Assembly: GCA_013265495.1 (NCBI GenBank)
Contig: MU061579.1
Span: 1,145,159-1,209,158, forward strand
DNA length: 64,000 nt
Reading direction: 5' to 3'
Source of the DNA: Vicugna vicugna
Lineage: Eukaryota
Positions 48,879-61,680 of the stretch are shown in pieces (within the stretch, counting starts at the first letter, position 1; each line of letters begins with the position of its first letter). A program made the translations under genes and the position numbers. The notes under the pieces were generated by a model, which saw only the letters and a program-made list of their open reading frames with translations, did not search any database and was not told the DNA's origin.

Positions 48879-49954
48879 TTTTGAATCTTTGTTTCTATGA
48901 TTATAGTTTTATCACTGAACAATCATAATCATATAAATTTACCTGCAGTAGTGTTGTGTTGTGTTGTGTTGTATTACATTTATTGTTTGATTGCTTTTGG
49001 GGGGAGATTGGTTGATAACAGCAAATCTGTGTGAAAGTCCATCAGCACTAAACACAATGTTTACATAAAGACTTTTATCACCGATGTTTCTTACTGATAA
49101 AGATCCCATGATGTGTCTTGACAGATACTGTAGAGCTAGATATTAGTAATGCTGGGAATAGAACGAAGATTTTCTAAATCATGGACTCTCAACTTCTTCC
49201 CTATGCCACATTTTTATGGATAGAAGAATCAGTTTGTTTATTAAAATAATATATTTTTAAAATAATCATAAAAGAGTGTCTATTTCCCTCACATGTATCC
49301 TTTTTTCTTTCCTTTCTCAATTATTGTTGTTCTTTAATTCACTACTCATTATAAATTCACAAAAAACCTCATTCTTTTATTATATAAAATGTCAAGTGCA
49401 CATAGATGTTAAGTGCATACAATACAAATTTTAAGGAATATTTACCAAAGCCTAATTTTTTAGGGCTTTGAGGAACATAACAAATGCCTAAACAGCTTTT
49501 GTCTAAAAGGGCTTTTGGGTTGGTTGCAGAATAAAAACATATATGCAAAAAGTAAAAGTAGTTAAGCAATCATATAGTTTATTTTACTGGAGGTATAGAT
49601 AATGTGTAAATAAGTTCTAAATCTTATTTTTTTAGTAATTATAATTATTTACTGACTTTTCATAGACTGCTACTAAGAAAATAGCAAAATTATCTGATGT
49701 AAAATATTGTTTTTGTCCCTTATGTCTAAGAGAAAGCACAGACTATCATTATCATAAATTACAAAGAAGAGGAAGATAATGGGGAGGTAAGTAATTCTTC
49801 AGTTATCAAGTCACTCTTCAGTGTTAGGGAGTCAGTGGGAATTTTTCTCTTCAATAGTCAAGCAGGGAGAATGAGGAAGGAAAAAGCACATGAAAAGTAG
49901 TATTTATAATTGTGATATAATATGTATACATGTATAATATGTGCATATCTACAT

Positions 49955-50710
49955 ATTGATTTGATTTTTGTCCTAGATTTGGTTCCTGACAAACAGTTCC
50001 TAAAACTCTTGAAATTTCCTGAATGATGGGAGTGTCCTTCTTATTCATCAGAGACCTTTTGAATCATACCTGAGTTTGTGCTAATAAAGTGATTTCCTGA
50101 TGGTGCCCCTAGGTAGCTCTAAAAGGGGACTGGTCACCAGAATAACCAAATCATGTGATTTAGAGGATTGGAACTTTCAGCCCCAGTCCCCATCCCCAAC
50201 TTTTGTGGAATTGAGGGGGCTGGAGATTGAATTCAATCATCAGTGGCCAATGATCTCATCAATCAAGTCTCTGTAATGAAACCCCACATACAAAACATAA
50301 ACAGCAGGGTTTGGGAAATTTCTGGATTGATGTGCTGAGATGGTGCACTTCCACCCCCTGCCCCCACCCCACCATACCTTGCTCTGTAGATTGCTTCCAT
50401 TCATCTGTTCCCGAGTTGTAGCCTTTATAACAAACTGAAGTAGTTAATAGAACACGTTCCTGAATTCTGAGAGTGAGCCAATCACAAGTGTGGGTAGACT
50501 GGCACTTCATGTATGATGGGCTTTGTAAGTGGTGGCAGTCTTGTAGGACTGAGCCCTTAACCTGTGGAGTTTGCACTAACTTTTAGTATTAGTGTCATAA
50601 TTGAATTGAGTTGCTGGACACTCAATTCATGTCAGAGGATTGGAGAATTGATGTGAGACAATGACATGTAGTTGATGACAGCAAAAGCCACACATTTGGT
50701 GGCAGAAAAA
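49955..50710 (+). mobile_element. MER21B/C-type ERVL LTR
   Basis: ttcctgacaaacagttcctaaaactcttgaaatttcctg...gattggaactttcagcccc...gtcttgtaggactgagcccttaacctgtggag. Confidence 0.85.
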
Positions 50711-52191
50711 AAATTATTACACTAATATTTATTCAATTATTCTTCATTTAAATCTTGTAACCCTCCAATTTTTTACTAGATTATTCATGTTATGGTTACT
50801 TATCTTCTGAGGATTTTTGATAGCGCAAGACTAGAAAACCCAATATGCATTTGGAAAAGAGAATTAAAGAAATTTAGATTACACATGTTGAGAAAAGATT
50901 CTAAAGGGAAATGAGATAAAGAACTAGAGCAGTGTTTTAGGAAAAAGCAAAAAGCAAAAGCTTGGATAAGAGAACGTGTCATTTGTGTGAATTATGTAAT
51001 CTTTCTTACAACTAAGGAAAGAAATATAAATTTGTTCCTTACCTATGTTGAAAAATATTTTTCCCCTAAAAACAGCTAAAGGAAGAGTATAGAACAACAG
51101 TAAAAATATATTTAGTGGTTAAATTATATTTAATATTTACTGGTTAGAATGAACCTGTCACTCCTGGAGGCGAGGATGTTTGGGAAAATGTCAAATAAGG
51201 CTAAAGACCAGTAAGAGAAAAAGCATTATTTTGAATTAAATTTATAATCTTAAAAAGTGTTAAAATATTTGGAAGATACTTTTGAAATGTAAATCTAATC
51301 ATAGAGTTTATGAAGTTTGCAAACACATACAATATAAACTTTATGACTAAGCCACATGCTTTACTGATAGAATTTCAGATTCAAACAGTGATTTTTCAAA
51401 CATTATTGTTATTATTATTGTTTACTAACTTCATTTATCTGGGCATGAATACCTCAAATACTTTCATTTGCTATTCCAGAGGAAAAAAAGAATTTCCTAG
51501 TTTACACAATTCACTGCTTCCTGAGTAGGGAAATGTATGGTTATGTAGTAAGTTAGAAAATAGTGGGAAAAATCACTTAAATCATGAATTTGCTTTGGGA
51601 ATGTATTTTATAGCTTCTCACATTCCCTTTTTTTCCCCCTAAGACCTAGGGTCAGTTTGTCTCATCCTGTTAGAAAGCTAAAAGATAGTGGACTCCAAGT
51701 AAATCAATGTTCAAGCTACCAATTTTTTATTGCTTTTTTAAAGCAATGTATAGCCAGCAAACTGGCTGCCTAAAACTTCAAAAATCAGTTGTACATTTCA
51801 TCTACACATAGGAGAATTAAGTTGCTTCTTATATTTTTATTTTTTCTCCCAGTATCGGATAGTTTTTAAGATACCATTAATTTACATTTTAAAACAATTA
51901 ATATGCTGCAAGGAAAAATATTGTTAGGAATTCATTATCTAGAGTTTACCTTTCTAAATGCTAAACTATTTTGTCTCTTGCAAGAAAAAACATTACAATT
52001 AGTAATCATTCATTTTTCATCATAGCTTTAGTTCTCAATAATAAGTATATAACATGTTTCAAGGTTTTTGAATATTTTATTTCTCTTCCCATGACTACAA
52101 AATATTTTATTATTTCTGTTTTGCATAAGAGAAAGCAGAAATTCATTTTTGCAGTTGTGTTTATTAAAAAGTAATCTGTGAATTGATTTTA

Positions 52192-52541
52192 GTAATAATC
52201 AGACTCCTCTAGAGGGAAAGAACCACTAAGTTATATACAAAGAGATTCGTTGTAAGGAATTGACTCAGGAAATCATGGAGGCTGAAATGTCTCATGATCT
52301 GCCATCTGCAAGCTGAAGGCTCAGGAAAGCTGGTGGTGTAGTTTCAGTTCAAGTGTGAAGGCCTGAGAACCAGGAGAGCCTACGGCATAAGTTCTAGTTC
52401 AAGTCCTAAAACTGAAAACTGGGAGTTCTGATGGTTCAAGTCTCAATCCAAAAGCAGAATAAAATCTGCTCAGTTAAACAGCATGAGTAAATTCTCCCTT
52501 CTTCCATGTTTTAGTTCTATTCAGATTTTCAGTTGATTGGG
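52192..52541 (-). mobile_element. MLT2-type ERVL LTR
   Basis: taaggaattgactcaggaaatcatggaggctgaaatgtctcatgatctgccatctgcaagctg...aggcctgagaaccaggagagcc. Confidence 0.9.
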
Positions 52542-53009
52542 CAGAATAATAGGAAAATAGAAGACAGGATGAGAGGTGAGAAAGTTTTGACATAAGACTT
52601 GTATCAAAAAAAATTAATAGATTATATATGTATTATTTGACAATTTAGTTAAGTGCATAACATTCTAATCTATTTGAAATAAATTGAATTTTGTAATCAT
52701 TCTGTGAAGTGAACTAGAATTTATTAATTTATATATTTCTTTATGTAGTAGTGATAAGTTTTCTTAAGATATTAGTAAGAAATAATTAATGATAATTGTG
52801 TTAGTAGGGAAATACTGCTTACAATCATCTGGACTTGAAAAATCTTTAATCACATCATAACTTTTAATTAAGTTTGAAATTTTAAAGTATCAATATGAAA
52901 TTAAAATAATATTAGTATTCATAATGAATGCTCATTTAGAACCTTCTTTTTCTTGTGAAATTTATCTCTATTATCTTCAGTCTTTATCTAAATCTCACAA
53001 GTGAATCAG

Positions 53010-53125
53010 CAGTATTTCCACCTTGCATTGGGAGAACATGGGTTTAAGAAAGATTAGTAACCTGCCCACTGTTATCCAGGAGGTGGAAAAGTTGAGATTT
53101 GAATTTAAAATTCTCTGACCACAAA
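53010..53125 (-). mobile_element. MIR fragment
   Basis: attagtaacctgcccactgttatccagg...gagatttgaattt...tctgacc. Confidence 0.55.
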
Positions 53126-54964
53126 GGCTATGACATCTCCTGTTATAGCATTTTCTCCCTTCCCAAAATTATTCTATATCTCTTGGATTTTTAAAGGTCA
53201 ATAAATAACACCGCTCCTTTCCATTTTGATTTTAGAACCATTTTATCATTAGATGCAGCAGGCAGGAATAATGGAGATCAAGATATCAGCTCTGGAAAAT
53301 ATGATTGTATTTATATGGTAAAAGAATAAGCTTCACCTCTGAAGTCGACAGATTCTCAAACCTGATGAGAGACATAAGTGGCCTTCACAGGGAGACAGCC
53401 TCTCCACTCAGCACATCACAGAGTGTAAGGCTGGAAAAACTGCCTTCTGTGCAAGCAGATTGACCTCATCAATGAGATAAGGAAGAGGTGCTACTTTTCC
53501 TTTTGTTTCTCAAATTCACCAACCAGATAACTCATCTTTCCTTTCCTGAATCAGAGTTAGTGAGGAGTGGGAAAGAAGCCAAGAGCCCCCCAAACATAGA
53601 AACATGAATACCTTTGTTTAAGTGTCCCCCCAATGTATTATCAGTAAAGTTTGACTGTCTTTAAAAAATTATTGATTAAGGAGTCCAGTTTACTTTATAG
53701 CTTAGCTTGTTTTAAGACAAAATCCTAAAACCTGTAATAGTATAATATAATGTAACATAATATAAATAAATAAGAATGCTTGCCATTAATTTAATTTGCG
53801 GAAGAATTATAATATTATACTTTGGAATACATTCAGATAAATTTGATTTTTTTAAAAAAAATTGGAATATAGTCCTCAAATTCTTACTTAAAATAGACGT
53901 AAAATATTTAATTACTTGAAACTCTTCCAAAGTTTCATAGAAACACTTTGAGTGACTTGAAAGTCAATGCTAATTTTTGAAACACATCTGTCACCAGGGA
54001 TGAATGACCTAATTTAGATGAATTGTGATTCAAGTATTCATCTAAAATTCAAGGTTGACCTACATCAAATGTGAGCTCCTTGAAGTTTGGTTAACTTTAT
54101 TCATTACTTTTCCTCTTTGTATACTTTTTACTTCCTGTTTCTTACTTGCCTCAGAAGCAGAACTGCTAGCAGTGTCAGAAAAGTTGTTTCTATGATGATT
54201 CTGTAAAGCTACAAAACTAAAATGTGGAAATCTCTCTAAGAGTATGTGCCCAGATTTTCATCCTCAGGAACTTTCAAATTCGAGGAGAATTTTCATAATA
54301 ACTCCCCTTTTCTGTATCATGATTGTTTCATCATTCATGTTGACACAATTTATTTGATATGACAAGTAAGTTCTTTATTTTCATTCCTAAAATGCTTAGT
54401 AACTGATTTTTATTTCACTGTATGATGACTCCACCTTCAAACATTCACCTCAGAATTAGCAATATCCTTTTAAGAAATTAATTGCAAACCTCATATAGAA
54501 AAATCAATTTTATGATGTTTTTCACATGGCTGACTTCTACTTATTTTCTATATCTTGGCTGGAATGTGTCCACCTCCAGAGGCATTTTTTTCTGTATAAA
54601 GTTGCTCCAGCCACTATTAAATGGTTTTAGTTCTTTCATTGAAGGATATAACTATGTTACCATTTTGGTTTTTTATTTGTTTACTAGATGATTGCATTTC
54701 TCCCTACATCGGAAGATAAATTTCATGAAGTTAGAAATCTTTTCTCTTTTGATCATTTCTGTATTCCTTAAATAAGACCTGGAAGGGCATGTGAGAGCTT
54801 TCAGACTCACAACATTGCTGTCCAATATGCTTTAAAAAAATCTGTTGTAATCTAATAAACTCACAAATGTAGTCACTTTTCCATCTCTTTGATAGCTTCA
54901 TCACACACTGTGTTCTACTTTAGCATGTTCTAAGTGGTCTCATATACAAACTGGCCAAGTTTCT

Positions 54965-55285
54965 CTTCCTTTTTTTCCATGGACCATACTGTTGATTCAT
55001 TAACATTGAACTCATAGCAACAGCACTATAATGCATGTTTGAATAAAGTACTTAAGAATACTAGACAGTTCTATGCTTGCGGGCTATTTTAAACAGTAAA
55101 ATCATCAACAAAAAGCACAAAGATGCAACACATGTGGCATTAAATAGACTGTGAAAAGCACTCTTTTTTAGGGTATGAAAGTTGAAAAGAAGTCAGAGAG
55201 AATATTGCTTTGTTCAACTTCAGCTCTGCACACATTCAAAAAATGAAGGTGAAAACACGTTGAGTATCAGTTTGGGGGTATTAAA
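54965..55285. mobile_element. MER6-like TcMar-Tigger fragment
   Basis: ttaacattgaactcatagcaacagcactata...attttaaacagtaaaatcatcaacaaaaagcacaaa...gtggcattaaatagactgtgaaaag. Confidence 0.8.
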
Positions 55286-56865
55286 TTAAATTATAGTATA
55301 TCACCCAATTATTCTATGAGATCTTTAAGAGAAGTTATCTAAGCTTTATTGAAATTTGTAACCTATTATCATGCACAGTACAATTACAGGGAACTCAATT
55401 TCTTGTCATTGAATTGACATGGCATAGAAGCTAGTATGTCTTGCAAAGATCCCAGTGAGTCTTGTCTGACTTCAGGGTGACAGTTCTGCTTTGATGCATT
55501 ACTAAATTGTGACTAAAGGGACAAAGATAAGATCAAGACCAAAGGCTGAAGAAGGTTGGCAATAATTGTGAAGGTAAACAAGATCCTGAGGAAGTAATAT
55601 GAAATGTAAAATCCAAAATAGATTTAGACCTCCAGATTTGCAGTCTGAAGAATAAAGCAAGATTTGGGAGAAAAGTCCAGTAATTCCAAGAGTGCCTAGA
55701 TATTTACCCCAATCACCTTTCGTTCATTTTGTCTCATAACTCAAGGACTAGAGTTTTATTCTGCTATCACTTCCTGACACACATATCTCTTATTCCACAT
55801 TGGTGACATAGAATTGCTCCTCCACTCCCATATTTTATTAGAATAGGTTCCGGGACTGACAGGAACTGAGCATACTAGACCTGGAGCAGAGCTGGAGAAT
55901 ATTAGGACTGACATCTTTAATTAAATAGCCATTTGCACTACTTACCATGTACCTGCAATAAATATAATTTATATGAGAAAAATATTAAGTACATCTTTTT
56001 CAGACAGCTAACATTAAAATGAAATAGTAACTGAAATATGTATATGTGTGTATATATAAGTTAGATCTTTCATTAAACAATATTAAGTAGGCTGTCATAA
56101 AATTTACCAATACCAATGCCTTTTTACCAAAAAGCATGATTAAAAGGCCTATAGACATAAATGAGCTAGTTGTGGAAAGGTGATTATTTACAAAGATGAT
56201 TGTAATCGGTATTATTAATATGTAAAGTTGAAGCAAAAGTTTAAATGTGGCTTCATAGAAAGAAAAGTAGGGAATGAATCCTATACTATCTTGTATGTCA
56301 TAATAAAAGAACTTTGAGAGTGTTTTGAATATAATAAGAAATACCTTGGCAATGGTTCCCAATCCAAATTTAAAACAAATATGCTTGCTGTGTTCTCGTG
56401 TATAATCTAATGTGGATTTCTGCCTATCTCTTACATTACCAATCTTATACTCAAAGGAAGAACTTAGTCCCAGACTTGCCTGGCCCAGGTTTCTTCACTT
56501 GGTTTACCAGTGTGAATTCTACTATGTATATTCCCTCACATCACCTGGCCAAATCTGCACAGATTATGACTCAAAATGTACCTCATGTAGAGTATTCAGG
56601 GTTCAAATTCTGCTGGACATCTATTGATATATTATGGTTCCTGAAGTTTATTAAGCCTGAAACCTCCTCTGTCTCTTGCCCCTCTCCAGCTGGACAGTTA
56701 CATCTTGCCAGATTCCAGTGGGCTGGTGGACATGCAGAAGCCCTGAATGTTGAGAGCACTTAAAAAAATAAAATAACTGTTTAAGACAAGGCCAGTATGG
56801 CTGAGTAGAAGGACGCTCATAGCTCACCCTCTCCCACAGATACACCAAGACTCCCATCCACGGAT

Positions 56866-59800
56866 CAGAGAAACTAAATAATACTATAGAAAAATTAGAT
56901 TTGGTGGATATTTTCAGACCATTGCACCCCCCAAAAATAGGATATACATTCTTTTCAAGTGCACATGGAACATTTTCTAGGCTTGATCATATACTTGGGC
57001 ACAAAAGAAACCTCAACAATTTTAAGAGGATAGAAATTATCTCAAGCATCTTTACTGACCGCAATGCCATGAAACTGGAAATCAACAACAGAGAAACAAA
57101 GAAGAAAAAAAGGAAAGCATGGAGATTAAACAACATGCTATTAAAAAAAACCAATGGGTCAATGATGAAATCAAAGCTGAAATTAAAAAATACCTTGAGA
57201 CAAATGAAAATGAAAGCACAACCATACAACATTTATGGGACATAGCAAAGGCAGTGCTAAGAGGGAAGTTTATAGTNNNNNNNNNNNNNNNNNNNNNNNN
57301 NNNNNNNNNNNNNNNNNNNNNNNNNNNNNNNNNNNNNNNNNNNNNNNNNNNACCCACCAGCGAACTAGAAAAAGAAGAACAAAAAAACCCAAAAGGCAGC
57401 AGAAGGAAGGAAATTATAAAGATCAGGGAGGAAATAAATAAAATAGAAGATCAATCAAACCAAAAGCTCGTTTTTTGAAAAAGGAAATAAAATCGACAAA
57501 CCTCTGGTCAAACTCACAAAGAAGGAAAAAGAGAGAGCACAAACAAGCAAAATAAGAAAGGAAAATGGAGAAATTACAACAAATAAAATAGTAATACATA
57601 ATACCATGTGAGAATATTATGAAAAACTATATGGAACCAAACTGGATAACCTACAAGAGATGGACAAGTTTCTGGAAACATACAGTCCACCAAGACTGAA
57701 CCAAGAAGAAATTGACCACTTGAACAAACCAATCACTAGAAATGAAATTGCAATAGCAATAAAAAGCCTCCCTACAAATAAAAGTCCAGGACTGGATGGC
57801 TTCACTGGGGAATTCAAACATAAAAAGAAGAACTCATACCAGTCCTTCTTAAACTCTTCCAAAAGATTGAAAAGGAGGGAATACTCCCAAACTCATTCTA
57901 TGAAGCCACCATCATCCTGATACCAAAACCAGGCAAAGAAACCACCAATAAAAGAGAATTACAGACCAATATCACTGATGAACATAGATGCCAAAATCCT
58001 CACCAAAATTTAGCAAATAGAATCCAACAACACGTAAAAAAAATTATACACCATGACCAAGTGGGGTTCATCCCAGGGACACAAGGGTGGTTCAACATAC
58101 ACAAATCAATCAATGTAATACATCACATCAATGAGAGAAAGGACAAAAACCACATGATCATCTCAATAGATGCAGGAAAAGCTTTTGATAAAATTCAACA
58201 CCCATTTATGATAAAAACTTTCACCAAAGGGGGTATAGAGGGAACATATCTCAACATAATAAAAGCTATATATGACAAACCTACAGCCAGCAAAGTACTC
58301 AATGGTGAAAAACTCAAAAGCTTCCCACTAAAATCTGGGACAAGGTAAGGCTGCCCAGTATCACCACTCCTATTCAACATAGTCTTGGAAGTCTCAGCCA
58401 CAGCAATCAGGCAAGAGAGAGAGAAATAAAAGGGATCCAAATTGGAAAACAGGTAAAAAGGTCACTGTATGCCGACGATATGTTACTATATACAGAAAAC
58501 CCTAAAAGGTCCACACAAAAACTACTAGAGCTGATTGAAGAATTCAGCAACGTAGCAGGTTACAAGATTAACATTCAAAAATCAGTTGCATTTCTTTACA
58601 CTAACGATGAATCAACAGAAAAAGAAAGTAAAGAAACAATCCCCTTTAAAATAGCACCCAAAGTAATAAAATACTTAGGAATAAATCCAACCAAAGTGGT
58701 GAAAAATTTTATACAGAAAACTGTTAACCATTGATGAAGGAAATTAAAGAAGACTTTAAAAAATGGAAAGATATCCCATGCTCTTGGATTGGAAGAATCA
58801 ATATTGTTAAAATGGTCACACTGCCCAAGGCAATCTACAGATTTAATGCAATCCCTATCAAATTACCCAGGACGTATTTCACAGAACTAGGACAAATCAT
58901 AATAAAATTTATATGGAACCATCAAAGACCTAGAATTGCCAAAGCATTACTGAAGAGAAAGAAAGAGGCTGGAGGAATAACTCTCCCAGACTTCAGATGA
59001 TACTACAGAGCTACAGTCATCAAGACAGCATGTTATTGGTACAAAAACAGACATAGAGACCAATGGAACAGAATAGAGAGTCCAGAAATGAACCCACAAA
59101 CTTTTGGTCAGCTAATCTTCAACAAAGGAGGCAAGAATATACAATGGAATAAAGACAGTCTCTTCAGCAAGTGCTGTTGTGAAAACTGGACAGCAGCATG
59201 TAAGCAATGAACCTAGAACACTCGCTTACACCATACACAAAAATCAACTCAAAATGGATCAAAGACTTAAACATAATACAAGATATAATAAACCTCCTTG
59301 AAGAAAATATAGGCAAAACATTATCAGACATACATCTCAAAAATGTTCTCTTAGAACAGTCTACTCAAGCAATAGAAATAAAAGCAAGAATAAACAAATG
59401 GGACCTAATGAAACTTACAAGTCTGCACAGCAAAAGAAACCATAAGTAAAACAAAAAAGACAACCTATGGAATGGGAGAAAATTTTTGCAAGTGGCGAAA
59501 CTGACAAGGGCTTGATCTCCAGAATATATAAACAGCTCATACAACTTAATAAGAAAAAAAAACAAAGAACCCAATCCAAAAATGGGCAGAAGAGCTAAAC
59601 AAGCAATTTTCCAATGAAGAAATATGAATGACCAATAGGCAAATGGAAAAATGCTCAATATCATTAATTATCAGAGAAATGCAAATCAAAACTACAATGG
59701 GTATCACCTCACACCAGTCAGAATGGCCATCATTCAAAAGTCCACAAATGACAAATGCTGGAGAGGCTGTGGAAAAAAGGGAACCCTCCTACACTGCTGG

Positions 59801-60190
59801 TGGGAATGCAGTTTGGTGCAGCCACTGTGGAAAACAGTATAGAGATTCCTCAAAAGACTAGGAATAGACTTACCATATGACCCAGGAACCCCACTCCTGG
59901 GCATATAGCCAGAAGGAACCCTACTTCAGGATGATACCTGCACCCCAATGTTCATAGCAGCATTATTTACAATAGCCAAGACATGGAAACAGCCTAAATG
60001 TCCATCAGCAGATGAGTGGATAAAGAAGAGGTGGTATATTTATACAATGGAATACTACTCAGCCATAAAAACCGACAACATAACGCCATTTGGAGCAACA
60101 TGGATGTTCTTGGAGAATGTCATTCTAAGTGAAGTAAGTCAGAAAGAGAAAGAAAAATACCATATGAGATCACTTATATGTGGAATCTAA
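56866..60190 (+). pseudogene. Disrupted L1 ORF2 (endonuclease C-terminal half, reverse transcriptase, CCHC)
   Basis: Broken by stops and frameshifts into many short ORFs (56901, 57119, 57660, 58061, 58480, 58731, 59207, 59651, 59948). Confidence 0.95.
57277..57351. other. Assembly gap (75 N)
   Basis: Run of N inside the L1. Confidence 1.
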
Positions 60191-60622
60191 AAACAAACAA
60201 ACAAAGAAAGCATAAATACTAAACAGAAACAGACTCATAGACATAGAATACAGATTTGTGGTTGCCAAGGGGGCAGAGGGTGGGAAGGGATAGACGGGAT
60301 TTCAAAATTGCAGAATAGATAAACAAGAGTATACTGTATAGCACAGGGAAATATAAACAAGACCTTACTGTACCTCACAGAGAAAAAATGTGACAATGAA
60401 TATATATATGTTCATGTGTAATTGAAAAATTGTGCTCTACACTGGAATTTGACACAACATTGTAAAATGATTATTAGTCAATAAAAAATGTTAAAAAAAT
60501 AAAAAAGATTAAAAAAATAAAATGATTGTTTAAATGGTATTAGACATGAGTATACTCTACAGAGAAATGGAAAGTACATTCTGAATGCTGTTCCTTGGAA
60601 GGCTGTTTCCCAGCAGAGCTCT

Positions 60623-61024
60623 CAGCTGTGATTCACTTATCTGTTATATGATGCTCATGATAAGCAATGAATTGCTTATGAGTCAGCAATACAGAGTGCT
60701 ATTTAAAATGTTATGAAACACTCAGCTGTCTTAGTAGACATAATGATGTACCAAAGCAGAGTACTAACAAAAAGTCAAGAAGGCTCCTTGGCCTTATAAC
60801 TTCATTATCTTGTTACCTGCCTGTTCTTGACTCAAAGGTTGAAATACTGGTAGAGAGGCGCAGACCTTGAGTCAAGTGAGGGAACCAGATTGCTTTGTTG
60901 CTCTCAGCATTAAGGAGAGTTGTAGCATGTCCTTAGAAGCCCAGCAAGATAAAATGCTACACCAAAAGCTCCTAGACACTTAGTGGTGACTAATCATTTT
61001 GTTACATAATTTATTATTACATAA
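60623..61024. promoter_or_regulatory. Candidate enhancer (AP-1/NF-E2, GATA and PAR-bZIP motif cluster)
   Basis: ATGAGTCAGCA 60678-60688; TGACTCA 60828-60834; TGAGTCA 60868-60874; four WGATAA sites; two TTACATAA. Motif evidence only. Confidence 0.4.
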
Positions 61025-61489
61025 AGCTGGGCCATGTCAATGACTGCACCCTTAAAATTATATTCCACTTTAAACCTTGCATTTAACAATTTTTATGAGA
61101 ACAAGTGCACATAAAGCCATAACATATTGAAGATTAAAAAACCATCAAGCACCATATAGAAACAGTGACTGCTATTATTGTAATATAAGTGAATTTATCT
61201 TAATTTTGAAAAATAGAACTTCATTATCTCTGGACTCATTTTCTGTCAAACATATTTAAAAATGTAGATGATAAATAAAAGTCATCCAATACTACCATCA
61301 CAGTGGCTGGAAGCAGAAAATAAGAACTGTACAAAATCAAATTAAAATACCTCTTCACCTAATGTAACTTTAAACAAATAAGCATGAAAGTGGAAATACT
61401 TTTTTAATTGGTAGATTTCTCATCATGATTTGTATAGTTGGACTAAGTTCATATTAATTTTAAATATTACTTTAGTGAGAAATTTGATG

Positions 61490-61680
61490 TAATTGAAAGA
61501 GCCAGGACTTTAGGGTTAAATAACACTGGTAGGAAATACAGCCCTAACACTCAACAATAAAGCTTTTTTTTTTTTTTCTGTCTGTATTTCTCAGTTCGGA
61601 CTTGTTACTGTATAAAATGGTTAAACTAATTCCTATTTTTTAGGGAAGTTGTAAATTTTAGAAATATGTGTGTAATGCTT
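61490..61680 (+). mobile_element. MIR fragment
   Basis: gaaagagccaggactttag...tctgtatttctcagtt...ctgtataaaatgg...ttttagggaagttgt. Confidence 0.55.

Larger units (their letters stand above)
56785..60510 (+). mobile_element. Young L1, ~3.7 kb: ~80 nt of 5' end joined to mid-endonuclease ORF2, then RT, CCHC, 3'UTR and poly(A); ORF1 absent
   Basis: ORF2 peptides: [74 protein letters not shown]. Near-identical flanking repeat at 56762-56784 and 60511-60533. Confidence 0.95.

Noticed and set aside
56000..56763. 120-aa (-) and 121-aa (+) ORFs upstream of the L1
   Set aside because: No recognisable homology and not L1 ORF1. They lie outside the TSD and their composition fits chance ORFs.
56901..60190. 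RT and endonuclease ORFs as a novel host gene or retron-like system
   Set aside because: These are standard L1 ORF2 fragments broken by stops and frameshifts.
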